A DNA stretch of 25,388 nucleotides. Source: a virus. The notes under the pieces were generated by a model. That model was given only the letters and a program-made list of their open reading frames with translations. It did no database searches and was not told the DNA's origin. Of this stretch, positions 12,935 to 21,526 are shown in pieces (position 1 is the stretch's first letter; the number at the start of each line of letters is the position of its first letter). The stretch lies in the IMG/VR virus record IMGVR_UViG_3300045988_074254, positions 1 to 25,388 of that record; one strand, written 5' to 3'. A program made the position numbers and the translations under genes.

Positions 12935-15900
12935 CTATGAACCTCCATTTCCCCATGATTTCAACATATCTCGAATTGATATAATTTCTTGTACAGTATC
13001 TGTAACAACATTTCCATCCAATTGCATAGGTTGTAGATTGATTGTGATATTGCTATCCAATATTGCATTTAAAGCACTCGTTAAATTGTCCATTCTTTTG
13101 TAAATACCATCCAAGTTTAAATTGTATGCCGTAGAATTAGAGCGCGATACTGTACCACCCATAATAGATGTAGTAGCATCACTAGCCGCTGCATATGCGC
13201 TTGTATCAGCCAACGCTGCAATAGAATCAGCACTCATAGGTGCAACATCAGAATCAACAACAGGTCGAGATAAATTATCTAAAGAATGTTTTTCAGTTTT
13301 GTGTACAGTTTTCTTTATAGTTGTAATAACAATAGGATCTTTGGCAGCTGCTTTTGCGTTATGGATAGCTTTTTCAACTTTTTTTGCATAATCTATAGTT
13401 GCTTGCGCATACGGCTCATAAGCTTTCAATAATGCACTTCCACCTGATTTTCCCATAGAACCAGAAGATGCCTTTGCATTGGATTTTCCATCGCCCATCT
13501 TATCTCCAGTATCTTTGGATTTTTTTGAAGCTTTATCTTTAGCTTTATCTAATTCCTTTTCTAATTCGTCAACTCCGCCTTTTGCCAAAGCTTTCATAGC
13601 TTGATCAACAGTAATTGTTCCATCTGCAATACCTGCTGCACATTTTTGTGGAATTTGTTCACCATCATAATTTGATTTCGTTAATGCTTCCTCAAACTCA
13701 ATCAGGTTATTCAGCATTGTATTCGCTTCTGATACACTGCCTGCATTTGAAATAATACTGTAAGCCATGCCTTGTGGAATATTAAGCCCAGCTGCACTTG
13801 CATTATCAACTAACTGCTGAAATGTCATCATAGATGCCACAAAATTACTTGCCGTTTGATAACTTTCTGTGCCATTCATGATTCCGCTTGTTAACTTTTC
13901 AGGAATTTGAATACCAGCTTCACCAGCTTTATCTATAGCACCTTGTAATGATTGTTTTAACGAATCTCCAATTTTTGTATAGCCACCCGTTTCTGCCTGG
14001 TTGTTGAGATCTAGTAAAGTTTTATTTGTTTCTTGCATTTTAGTTGCCATAGTTGCTAAAGAAACGTTTGCTTCATCTATTTTCTTTCTCAACTGCTCAA
14101 TCTGAGTTTGATACCTTAATGCCTTTTCATTGTCTCCATCTTTAAATGCTTGTGACTGTTTGACTTTCAATTCATCCATCTTGTCATTTAATCCATGAAC
14201 ACTCTCTGTTACTTCACTATATTTCATCTGTTGCTTAATTAAAGCTTTTGTTTGTTCTTTAATCGCTTCTGCATACGCTTCTTGTTTAGCAGCTTCTTGA
14301 ACTTTTTGAATGTATTCTTCTAACGCTTGATTGTTTTCAAACACCTTGCCTGTATTATCGGCAACTTTTCCTGTATTTGAATCAATTGTTAAACCGAGAT
14401 CAGGATAGATTTCATTCAATTGATTAACAGCTTCTTGCAACATTTGTTTCTGTATAGCATTTTTGTTTTCTACACCATTTAATTGTTCAATCGTTCTCAT
14501 CAAAGAATTAGACTGACTAATATTCTGTTCATTTGTAGCCAAAATGGTTTCTGATTTTTCTTTATATTCATCAATTTTTTTGTTGAACGAACTAACACTG
14601 TCTACAACTTTTAAATAACTTTGCGCTACTGCATCATTCTTAACAGCATTTTCTAAAGCTTTTTTATTTGCCTTTTCAAACATAGGAACTAACACTGCAA
14701 TTTCAGCAGCTGCCAATCCAACAGCTATTCCAACTCCACCCAATGCAATACTTGAACTTTTTAATGCTTCAGTTGTAACACCAGTTCGCTTAAACAATTT
14801 TGTCAATAAGCCATCAGTTTTATCTACAGGGCCACTTAAATTGTTTAGTTCACTTGCCGTTTTGCCAATCCATGAAGAAACTTTTCCAAATCCATTTGTC
14901 AACTTCTGAGCGCCACTAAATATTTTTCCTAATCCTTTTGCGGTTGGATAAGCGGCTGCCGTCAACAACAACATCTTTGCGATTGTCTGTTGTGTTCCTT
15001 CATCTAAATCAGAGAATGCATTAGCTGCTTTTTTTACAACTTTTAAATTAGATGTAAGAGTAGGTGTAAATGCCTGGCCTAGTTCATCAGCGGCTTGTTT
15101 AACTGCTTCCCATGTCTGTGACATTTGAGATTTTAATGTTCCATATCGTTTTTCCGCTTCAGTTGCCATGGCTGAATTCGCTTGCCATGCATTTTGAGAA
15201 ACATTTAATGCTTTAGCCAATACATCCGAACTTTGTGCCAAAGCACCCATTGACTGTGCTTGTCGTACTTCCTTAATGCCTAATTCATCCAATGTTTTTG
15301 TAACATCCGCTGACTTTCCGATACCTTGAACAAACTTTAAGAATGTTCCCGCTGCATCTTCTCCCCAAGCCTTTTGGAATTGTTGAGAAGTCATGCCGGA
15401 TACTTCTGCAAACTTTTGTAGTTTCTTATCTCCCGTAGAAACAGATAGATCAATTGTCTTCAACATTTTAGAGACAGAACTACCACCAGCAGCGGCTTCA
15501 ATACCTAATGAAGATAATGCAGTTGATAACCCTAATACTTCATTAGAGTTAAAGCCTACCATCTTACCTGCAACACCTAATCTAGTAGCCATATTCATAA
15601 TATCTGCTTCGGTTGTAGAGAATTTATTTCCCAAATCTACGATTGTAGAACCTAAACGAGAATAATATGTATTCGTCTTTTTAGACTGCGAAACCATTAC
15701 GTTTGAGAACTTGGCAATACTTTGTGCTGCTTCTTCACCAACAAGATTTGTAGTATCACCCAATTCTGTAATAGTTTTAGTAAATCCAACAATAGAATCT
15801 GTAGGGATACCCATTTGTCCTGCAAGTTCTGCATAATGTGCAATATCTTGATATGTACTCGATGTATTCTGTGCAAGATCTTTTAATCCAGCATTGATTT

Positions 15901-16768
15901 TTTCAAACTGTTGAGGGGTTGCATTTACAGTTTTTGTAACACCAGTCCATGCATCTTCAAAATCAATTGCAGTTTTTGTTGCTCCGACAATAACCGCTGC
16001 TGACAACGCAGACAAGGGTTTAATAGTTTCTGAAAATTGATTTGCTTTCTGACTGGCAACACCAAATGAATGTGATAATTTTAATATATTTTCATTATCT
16101 GTAATAAAGCTTTTATTCAAGCTCTTTAGTTCATTGTTTAATGTTGCTGCACCAGCTCTTAGACCATTAAACGTCCTTTGTGATTCCTCATATGTGCTTC
16201 CTAAGTCAACAAGATTTTTCTTTTGTTCCGCAATTTTTGCATTGTATTCCTTTTGTGAAGCACTATTTGCCTTCATAGAAACTGAAAGTTCTTTATTTCT
16301 AGCAGTTAGAGTGGAAATTGCGTTTTCACATTGTTCTGTAGTGTGATAACTATCGCCAATCGCATCTTTCCATGCTTGGATTTGAGTTTGATTTGTCTTA
16401 TATTCTTTTTGTAAGGCACTCATCGCCGATTCAGTACTGTTTAATTTAGTCTGATATTGCGATAACGTGTCTTTTGATTTGTTAACTTGATCTGCCCATT
16501 GTTGTTGTGTTTTAGGATATTCTTTAAGCTTTTTGTTATAGACATCCAATTGCTTAGAAGTGCTCTGAATCTTATCCTTTAATAGATTTTGGTATGTCGC
16601 AAATGAAGAGAAATCATTCGGATTTAGCTTCATTGAAGCTTTTAGTTTAGACATTGTTTTGTCTAATCCTGATGTTTCTCTTTTGATTTCATTTATCGCT
16701 TTCTGAAATCCTGTAGTATCTCCATCAATCTTTACGGAGATACCTTTTATTTGACTATAACCTGACAA
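12935..16768 (-). CDS. Tape measure protein
   Basis: 1277 aa, helical and Ala/Gln/Lys-rich. It has a TP901-type core (GIPTDSIVGFTKTITELGDTTNLVGEEAAQSIAKF), a hydrophobic segment at about aa 674-696, and C-terminal ~42-aa repeats. The TTG start has GGAGG 8 nt upstream. At ~1.5 Angstrom per residue this predicts a ~190-nm tail. Confidence 0.9.
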   Translation of the reverse strand: MSGYSQIKGISVKIDGDTTGFQKAINEIKRETSGLDKTMSKLKASMKLNPNDFSSFATYQNLLKDKIQSTSKQLDVYNKKLKEYPKTQQQWADQVNKSKDTLSQYQTKLNSTESAMSALQKEYKTNQTQIQAWKDAIGDSYHTTEQCENAISTLTARNKELSVSMKANSASQKEYNAKIAEQKKNLVDLGSTYEESQRTFNGLRAGAATLNNELKSLNKSFITDNENILKLSHSFGVASQKANQFSETIKPLSALSAAVIVGATKTAIDFEDAWTGVTKTVNATPQQFEKINAGLKDLAQNTSSTYQDIAHYAELAGQMGIPTDSIVGFTKTITELGDTTNLVGEEAAQSIAKFSNVMVSQSKKTNTYYSRLGSTIVDLGNKFSTTEADIMNMATRLGVAGKMVGFNSNEVLGLSTALSSLGIEAAAGGSSVSKMLKTIDLSVSTGDKKLQKFAEVSGMTSQQFQKAWGEDAAGTFLKFVQGIGKSADVTKTLDELGIKEVRQAQSMGALAQSSDVLAKALNVSQNAWQANSAMATEAEKRYGTLKSQMSQTWEAVKQAADELGQAFTPTLTSNLKVVKKAANAFSDLDEGTQQTIAKMLLLTAAAYPTAKGLGKIFSGAQKLTNGFGKVSSWIGKTASELNNLSGPVDKTDGLLTKLFKRTGVTTEALKSSSIALGGVGIAVGLAAAEIAVLVPMFEKANKKALENAVKNDAVAQSYLKVVDSVSSFNKKIDEYKEKSETILATNEQNISQSNSLMRTIEQLNGVENKNAIQKQMLQEAVNQLNEIYPDLGLTIDSNTGKVADNTGKVFENNQALEEYIQKVQEAAKQEAYAEAIKEQTKALIKQQMKYSEVTESVHGLNDKMDELKVKQSQAFKDGDNEKALRYQTQIEQLRKKIDEANVSLATMATKMQETNKTLLDLNNQAETGGYTKIGDSLKQSLQGAIDKAGEAGIQIPEKLTSGIMNGTESYQTASNFVASMMTFQQLVDNASAAGLNIPQGMAYSIISNAGSVSEANTMLNNLIEFEEALTKSNYDGEQIPQKCAAGIADGTITVDQAMKALAKGGVDELEKELDKAKDKASKKSKDTGDKMGDGKSNAKASSGSMGKSGGSALLKAYEPYAQATIDYAKKVEKAIHNAKAAAKDPIVITTIKKTVHKTEKHSLDNLSRPVVDSDVAPMSADSIAALADTSAYAAASDATTSIMGGTVSRSNSTAYNLNLDGIYKRMDNLTSALNAILDSNITINLQPMQLDGNVVTDTVQEIISIRDMLKSWGNGGS

Positions 16769-16780
16769 TTTTAGTACCTC

Positions 16781-17400
16781 CTAAAATCTGTCAAAGTCGC
16801 TTTGGACTGCTTTACGGATATGTACTTTGTTACGAGATTGTTTGTCTGCTCTTGCACTCATATTGCTTTTAGCTATGATCAAGTCAAACATCATTCCAAT
16901 GTCCATATCATCTATTTCATTCATCTTAAGCCCTAAATTCATGCACCCTATAATCAAATCAGAGTAGCTAACTATTCTTTTTTTTTGTTTTTTTCTTCTA
17001 CATCTTCTGATTCACTATCGATAGTTGGACTGTTCGCAAAAACGATTTTTTCAAACACCATAATGCCTACTGTGACAAATGTGTCATAGTCTACAACATT
17101 ATCAATAAAATCTGAAAAATCTTCCGTTTCTTTTCCTTGAACAACATCATATGCTTTGATACATGCCCACAACACACGTTCAAAGAATTCTGAACCATTC
17201 GCTTCTAACAATACATAATATGCAGGTTCATCTTCTTCATCTGTTCCCACTTTCTTTTTGATAGCTTCCGAAAACTTCATCTGTGCTTTCTGAGTGTCAA
17301 CCAACATATCTCTATTGAAGTATTCTCTATAGATTTTCGCTGTTTTACCTTTATAAAGAACACCATATTCTTTTTCATCAATCTTAATTTTTGTTTCCAT
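16781..17400 (-). CDS. Tail assembly chaperone, -1 frameshift long form (gpGT-like)
   Basis: The slippery run AAC AAA AAA AAA G lies at 16978-16986. The -1 frame stays open for 65 further codons (RIVSYSDLII...AVQSDFDRF) and stops at 16783-16781, just before the TMP SD. Confidence 0.55.
16972..17400 (-). CDS. Tail assembly chaperone (gpG-like, short form)
   Basis: 142 aa, acidic, between the major tail protein and the TMP. It ends ...EEKNKKKE on the A7-C-A9 run. Confidence 0.7.
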   Translation of the reverse strand: METKIKIDEKEYGVLYKGKTAKIYREYFNRDMLVDTQKAQMKFSEAIKKKVGTDEEDEPAYYVLLEANGSEFFERVLWACIKAYDVVQGKETEDFSDFIDNVVDYDTFVTVGIMVFEKIVFANSPTIDSESEDVEEKNKKKE

Positions 17401-17411
17401 ATAACCTCACA

Positions 17412-17431
17412 AAGAGGGGGTTGCCCCTCTT
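17412..17431 (-). other. GC-rich stem-loop immediately after the major tail protein gene
   Basis: Minus-strand RNA AAGAGGGG-CAAC-CCCCUCUU forms an 8-bp stem that begins in the stop codon. It is followed by UGUGAGGUUAU, which contains the SD of the chaperone. The U-tract is incomplete, so it is more likely a partial terminator or mRNA stabiliser. Confidence 0.4.
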
Positions 17432-18074
17432 ATAATGTGCTCACTTCCTTTCCATCATCACTTTGTACAGCTACCGGTGTACTTTCTTCCTGGCTCATTT
17501 CACCAGCTTTTGGAGTAGGTAATGTTGGAGCAGTTGTAAAGAAACTCTCATAATTTGTATCCCCTTTACGACATTTTGCCTTTACCCATTGATGATCATC
17601 TTTCTCAATGGGAACTGCTGTAATATCCATTGATGTAGTAGTAGGATCAGTGCTTTCTTCTTTTGTTTCACCTTCTACATTTGGTCGTGCAAATACAACC
17701 TTATAGAAGATATGTTTAGTAGCACTTACATCACCTTCAAATTGGAACATAAGCGCAACATTATTAGGCAATACGTTTGCATCTTCTGCTAAGTTACCTT
17801 CTTCTGTTGTCACTGTATTGAAAATCATTTTTTCAATTTCTTCAGGAATCTCAGACATTTCCAAACTTCCTGAATATCCATTGTTTGTATTCGTTGTGAA
17901 ATACGCAGTGTTATCTGCATAATATGTATTTGTATCTCCTTCTGGATCTAGTGTTAATGATTTAGCACCTTTCCACGCAGTAGGCGTACCATATGTAATT
18001 GATCCTGCACTTTCTGTAATAGAACATACATGTACATTTTTTAGACCGAATCGTACTTTGTTTTTTTCTGCCAT
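17430..18074 (-). CDS. Major tail protein (phi13-like family)
   Basis: 214 aa, directly upstream of the chaperone and TMP. The N-terminus (KVRFGLKNVHVC) is typical of the family, and the C-terminal tail is low-complexity. Confidence 0.8.
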   Translation of the reverse strand: MAEKNKVRFGLKNVHVCSITESAGSITYGTPTAWKGAKSLTLDPEGDTNTYYADNTAYFTTNTNNGYSGSLEMSEIPEEIEKMIFNTVTTEEGNLAEDANVLPNNVALMFQFEGDVSATKHIFYKVVFARPNVEGETKEESTDPTTTSMDITAVPIEKDDHQWVKAKCRKGDTNYESFFTTAPTLPTPKAGEMSQEESTPVAVQSDDGKEVSTL

Positions 18075-18079
18075 AGTTT

Positions 18080-18490
18080 TTATCCTTTCAAATATTTTTC
18101 GATTAAACTTGGCAGTTCCTTGATTGCGTTTGTTTCTCCATCTTTCCAGTGCTTAAATGCACGTGTACGTCTAGGAGAATTCCATAAATTATGTCCGTTT
18201 TCTAGTAAATGAGTTAATGAGTATTCGTGGCCACTCGCATAAATAACACCGCGTGTATGTGCTAATTCACGTTCTATCTTATATGTTATAGACCTTTTAT
18301 ATTTGCCCTTTCTGCGTGTGTTTCTATGATCTACATTGGCCTTAGCTTTAATAATATCTTTAGAATCTTTTGTAGTTTCTTCTACTGCTCTATCAATCTG
18401 AGCCAAAGAATGCTCTTTATATTCTTGAATAATCTTTCTGATTTCAGGCCCAAGCTGCGACATATCGCAATATACATCATTGACGGCCAA
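18080..18490 (-). CDS. HK97 gp10-family head-tail connector or neck protein
   Basis: 136 aa. GKYKRSITYKI...GVIYASGHEYSLTHLLENGH matches the gp10-family pattern. The TTG start has GGTGA 6 nt upstream. Confidence 0.55.
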   Translation of the reverse strand: MAVNDVYCDMSQLGPEIRKIIQEYKEHSLAQIDRAVEETTKDSKDIIKAKANVDHRNTRRKGKYKRSITYKIERELAHTRGVIYASGHEYSLTHLLENGHNLWNSPRRTRAFKHWKDGETNAIKELPSLIEKYLKG

Positions 18491-18815
18491 CTAATGTCAC
18501 CGCCCATTCTGTACAGTGTACTTTTTGAGCTTTTATATCTTCATCTGTGATGGTTTGGTATGGTATTTCTAATTCATCAAACATACCTTCGACTTTAGCT
18601 TCTAATTCAAAGTCTTTTTGATCAGTCACTAATCTATATATGTAAGTTCCAATCTTACAATACGTTCTATTGTCTGCAAAGTAATTATTTGTATAATCCA
18701 ATGCATAATTCCCATAGGGGGTATGGGGTTTTGATTTGAAACTGCCATATACAAATTGTCCTTCACCTAAAAGTTCAGTGAATTTAGCTACAATCTGTTG
18801 TCTTACTGTTTCCAT
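18477..18815 (-). CDS. Head-tail connector component (possible tail completion or terminator protein)
   Basis: 112 aa within the connector block. The assignment rests on position and size only. Confidence 0.4.
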   Translation of the reverse strand: METVRQQIVAKFTELLGEGQFVYGSFKSKPHTPYGNYALDYTNNYFADNRTYCKIGTYIYRLVTDQKDFELEAKVEGMFDELEIPYQTITDEDIKAQKVHCTEWAVTLVGRQ

Positions 18816-19138
18816 TCTCCAGCATCCTGTTGAACATATAGTTCAATCGTATCTCCGGATGGGAATGTACGATAAACCGCATACTTTTTGTCGTTGTATT
18901 TCACTGTCGTTTCATCATTGTAATCAATAGTAGGAATAACAAGCTTATACGCTAACTGTATGCCTGCCTGGTAGGCTTCATTAAATTCTTTTGAATAAAT
19001 TCCACCGACACGGCAAAATACTTCCTTCTCAGTTTCATTAACACGTTCCACACCATCTGCATCCACATATCTTTCTTTTTCAATCAGATATGCCACATCG
19101 TAGTAAAGATTATTCTCACGAGTATATTCATATGCCAT
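18803..19138 (-). CDS. Head closure or head-tail adaptor protein
   Basis: 111 aa. The pattern ...EKEVFCRVGGIYSKEFNEAYQAG....KYNDKKYAVYR resembles the head-tail joining family. It is the second gene after the capsid. Confidence 0.6.
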   Translation of the reverse strand: MAYEYTRENNLYYDVAYLIEKERYVDADGVERVNETEKEVFCRVGGIYSKEFNEAYQAGIQLAYKLVIPTIDYNDETTVKYNDKKYAVYRTFPSGDTIELYVQQDAGEWKQ

Positions 19139-19139
19139 A

Positions 19140-19442
19140 CTATTTCACCTTCTTATGAGATTTATCTGTCATAAGAATCTGACGTAAATCCTCATATGTT
19201 TTAGCCATTGATTCTTTATTTGAAGCATCCGTTGTACCAAATTTTGACATTACATATGCTATTACCGCTACTACAATTTCATCTTCTAAATCATCTTCAT
19301 CAAATAAGATATTTAATCTATCCAAATCGTATAAACATGCATTGATATACGTTTTGATTTCATCATCATAAGCATGTGATTTAGCTCTTGTAGCAGCAGT
19401 TCTAACACGTTCTAGAAGGCTTTCAGAAATATTGAACGCCAT
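19140..19442 (-). CDS. gp6-like head-tail connector (DNA packaging) protein
   Basis: 100 aa, helical, first gene after the capsid. The SD is AGGTGAT. Confidence 0.6.
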   Translation of the reverse strand: MAFNISESLLERVRTAATRAKSHAYDDEIKTYINACLYDLDRLNILFDEDDLEDEIVVAVIAYVMSKFGTTDASNKESMAKTYEDLRQILMTDKSHKKVK

Positions 19443-19452
19443 TATCTATCAC

Positions 19453-19617
19453 CTAAGCTTTCTTCGCACTGCTTTTTCGAGTAGTTTTCTTAGGCTCATC
19501 ATCTAATAAAATAGGTTCATCATCAGTTCCAACAGGTTCTTCATCATTTAATGATTGTGTTCCTGTTTGACTTTCATCTTTTGTAACATCTCCATTGCTT
19601 AAGCTACTTTTTTTTTT
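19453..19617 (-). other. Putative -1 frame C-terminal extension of the major capsid protein, reached through an A10 run
   Basis: An A10 run (19608-19617) covers codons L-K-K-K of the capsid gene. In the -1 frame, 51 sense codons follow the run (SSLSNGDVTKDESQTGTQSLNDEEPVGTDDEPILLDDEPKKTTRKSSAKKA), ending at TAG 19455-19453. This frame has no ATG, GTG or TTG. Confidence 0.4.
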
Positions 19618-20915
19618 AACAAGAAGATGTATTGAGGATCTAATACTTTACCATCATTGATAACCAATGCTTGAGTTACTTCCTCATTCTTTTCATAATC
19701 CCAGTACTTCTTCACACCAAACTGCATATTTGAGTTGATCGCATAGGCTTCTTTTCCAACCCAATACATTCCGAAATATTCACCGTTTTTTGCTTCATCA
19801 AAATCTTTGAATGTATCATTTTCAACGAAATTAACTGTTCTAGCTTTGAATGTTGCACGTTCTGCACCATCAATAGGATTATATGTTTCTGCATAAACAG
19901 GACGATTATTATCGTCGGCCAACGTTTTAATGTTTGCTTCATATGTAGCAGGAGTCATTACAAACTCTGGTTTTAATTTACGCATTGATAAAGGAATCTT
20001 TGCGAACAATTTTGTTTGCCATGATTTCCAATCTTTCATTTCTGCTTCCGTAAATTCAATAATATGATCGGCTTTAATACGACTACCTGATACTTTATTA
20101 GCTTCTGTTAAGATGCCTTCACACTCATTGTTTGAAGATTCACCAGTTAAAATTTCACGATCCATAGCTTCCAAATAAGCTTCTACAATAACTTCTGCTA
20201 ATTTAGTTTCGAATGCATTTACAGTTAATACAGTTTGTAGTAATGTACGTGCTAAACGAATTTCACCAATCAAATATCCAAATTGTACAAATTCTGTAAC
20301 AGAACCAGCCTTTTGACGATCAGATACTGTTGTTTCAGTAATACGTTTAAATGTAGCCTTGAATGAACCGATAGGATATTTAACACCACCACGGAAATTT
20401 GTATGTAATACTGCATTGTATAAGTAACCACGTGATTTACTTAATTCAGTCATTACTTTCTGAACAATTGTTTCAGGAATTAAAATACCTAGATCAGCTG
20501 CTACACCCGCTTCTGCACTACGTTGTCTTAAGATTTCTGACTGTTTTCCTTTTTGAACGAATTCCATGAATGCACTACGATACTCCATATCGTCTTCCAT
20601 TCCTTTTTTACGTTCTGATAAGTTTGTAGGCATTGATGGATGTGCTTTACTACGAGCTTGTTGCTGTTGTGTAATAAAAGTACCTTCTTCATCTACAATA
20701 GATTTTGCCATAGTATCTAAGAACGCTTGACGTTGTGCTACCTTTCCTTTTAACTCTTTGTCACGTTTTTGCAAGATATCAAATTCTGCCTGTAACATTT
20801 CCAAGTTTGTATTAGGATCGTTTTTGTTGACCTCATCTTGAATTTCTTTAAATCTTTTTTGAATCTGTTCGTGATTCATTGCATTGAATGCTGCTAGTTG
20901 TTGCTCTGTAAACAT
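19599..20915 (-). CDS. Major capsid protein, HK97 family
   Basis: 438 aa, directly after the prohead protease. The N-terminal ~100 aa form a coiled-coil delta-like domain, followed by an HK97-type core. The start codon overlaps the protease stop (TAATG). Confidence 0.9.
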   Translation of the reverse strand: MFTEQQLAAFNAMNHEQIQKRFKEIQDEVNKNDPNTNLEMLQAEFDILQKRDKELKGKVAQRQAFLDTMAKSIVDEEGTFITQQQQARSKAHPSMPTNLSERKKGMEDDMEYRSAFMEFVQKGKQSEILRQRSAEAGVAADLGILIPETIVQKVMTELSKSRGYLYNAVLHTNFRGGVKYPIGSFKATFKRITETTVSDRQKAGSVTEFVQFGYLIGEIRLARTLLQTVLTVNAFETKLAEVIVEAYLEAMDREILTGESSNNECEGILTEANKVSGSRIKADHIIEFTEAEMKDWKSWQTKLFAKIPLSMRKLKPEFVMTPATYEANIKTLADDNNRPVYAETYNPIDGAERATFKARTVNFVENDTFKDFDEAKNGEYFGMYWVGKEAYAINSNMQFGVKKYWDYEKNEEVTQALVINDGKVLDPQYIFLLKKKVA

Positions 20916-21526
20916 TAATTAATAGCCTCCTTAATCTGCAACAACAAACTCAGTCTTTCTCGTTTCTTTTCATTTTCTTTTTTAGTCCGTTCTTCATCCA
21001 TTAAAGACTTTGCCCTTGCTTCAATAGATGTTTGATCATTTGCAGGAATCGACACTGCCGAAACATCATAAATTTTTGATACTTTACGTGTTGTCCACAT
21101 CTTTTTAGATCTATCATATGATTCCTCATCCACCATGTACCTCCATGACATCTGAGTAACCATTCCTGCCTGAATACTGTCGTACAAACGTTTTGCAGCT
21201 TCTGTTCTTCCTAAATCTGCTGCAACAAACAATCCGTGTTCATCTACTTCAACAATAAGTGAACCATTGCTTGTACGTGCATATACCATTCCTCCATGAT
21301 CAAATTGGAAGATGATATCACTCATATCAGCGTTGTCCAAACTTGAACGCTCAATCAACTCATATACATCATTACCTTCGTAATCTCGATAAAGAACATA
21401 AGGTTCAAATGTTGTAGCATATCCTTCAACATAATATTGAGTATCAATTCGTTTGTTTTCCGTCACCGGGTTCATTTGGAACGGGATCGAGCGCATTTGG
21501 ATTTTGCTGTGGTTCGGTTTCCCCAT
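20915..21526 (-). CDS. Prohead protease, HK97 (S78) family
   Basis: 203 aa. VEGYATTFEPY...IIFQFDHGG motifs are present, and the C-terminal tail is charged coiled-coil. AAGGAGG lies upstream of ATG 21526, inside the portal 3' end (83-nt overlap). Confidence 0.85.
   Translation of the reverse strand: MGKPNHSKIQMRSIPFQMNPVTENKRIDTQYYVEGYATTFEPYVLYRDYEGNDVYELIERSSLDNADMSDIIFQFDHGGMVYARTSNGSLIVEVDEHGLFVAADLGRTEAAKRLYDSIQAGMVTQMSWRYMVDEESYDRSKKMWTTRKVSKIYDVSAVSIPANDQTSIEARAKSLMDEERTKKENEKKRERLSLLLQIKEAIN

Noticed and set aside
2092-12948. Upstream-most starts in the ORF track for 1618-2100 (GTG), 9961-10569 and 12151-12948
   Set aside because: In each case a downstream ATG (2091, 10557, 12933) is preceded by a much better SD and removes an overlap with the preceding gene. 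The upstream candidates sit within or before that SD.
10006-12997. Extra TTGTACAGT half-matches to the TGTACA box at 10006-10014 and 12989-12997
   Set aside because: Only 9 nt match and both lie inside coding sequence, where they encode Thr-Val-Gln on the minus strand (PTVQD, DTVQE). They are probably coding coincidences, not operator sites.
12935-16768. Peptidoglycan hydrolase domain in the tape measure protein
   Set aside because: I could see no lysozyme, M23 or CHAP-like motif. The protein is helical and low-complexity apart from the TP901-type core and the C-terminal repeats.
19548-19595. 15-aa frame-0 mini-ORF after the capsid stop (MEMLQKMKVKQEHNH)
   Set aside because: It is too short, has no SD and covers only a third of the gap. 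The -1 frame is open across the entire gap and shows a protein-level repeat, so it is the better explanation.
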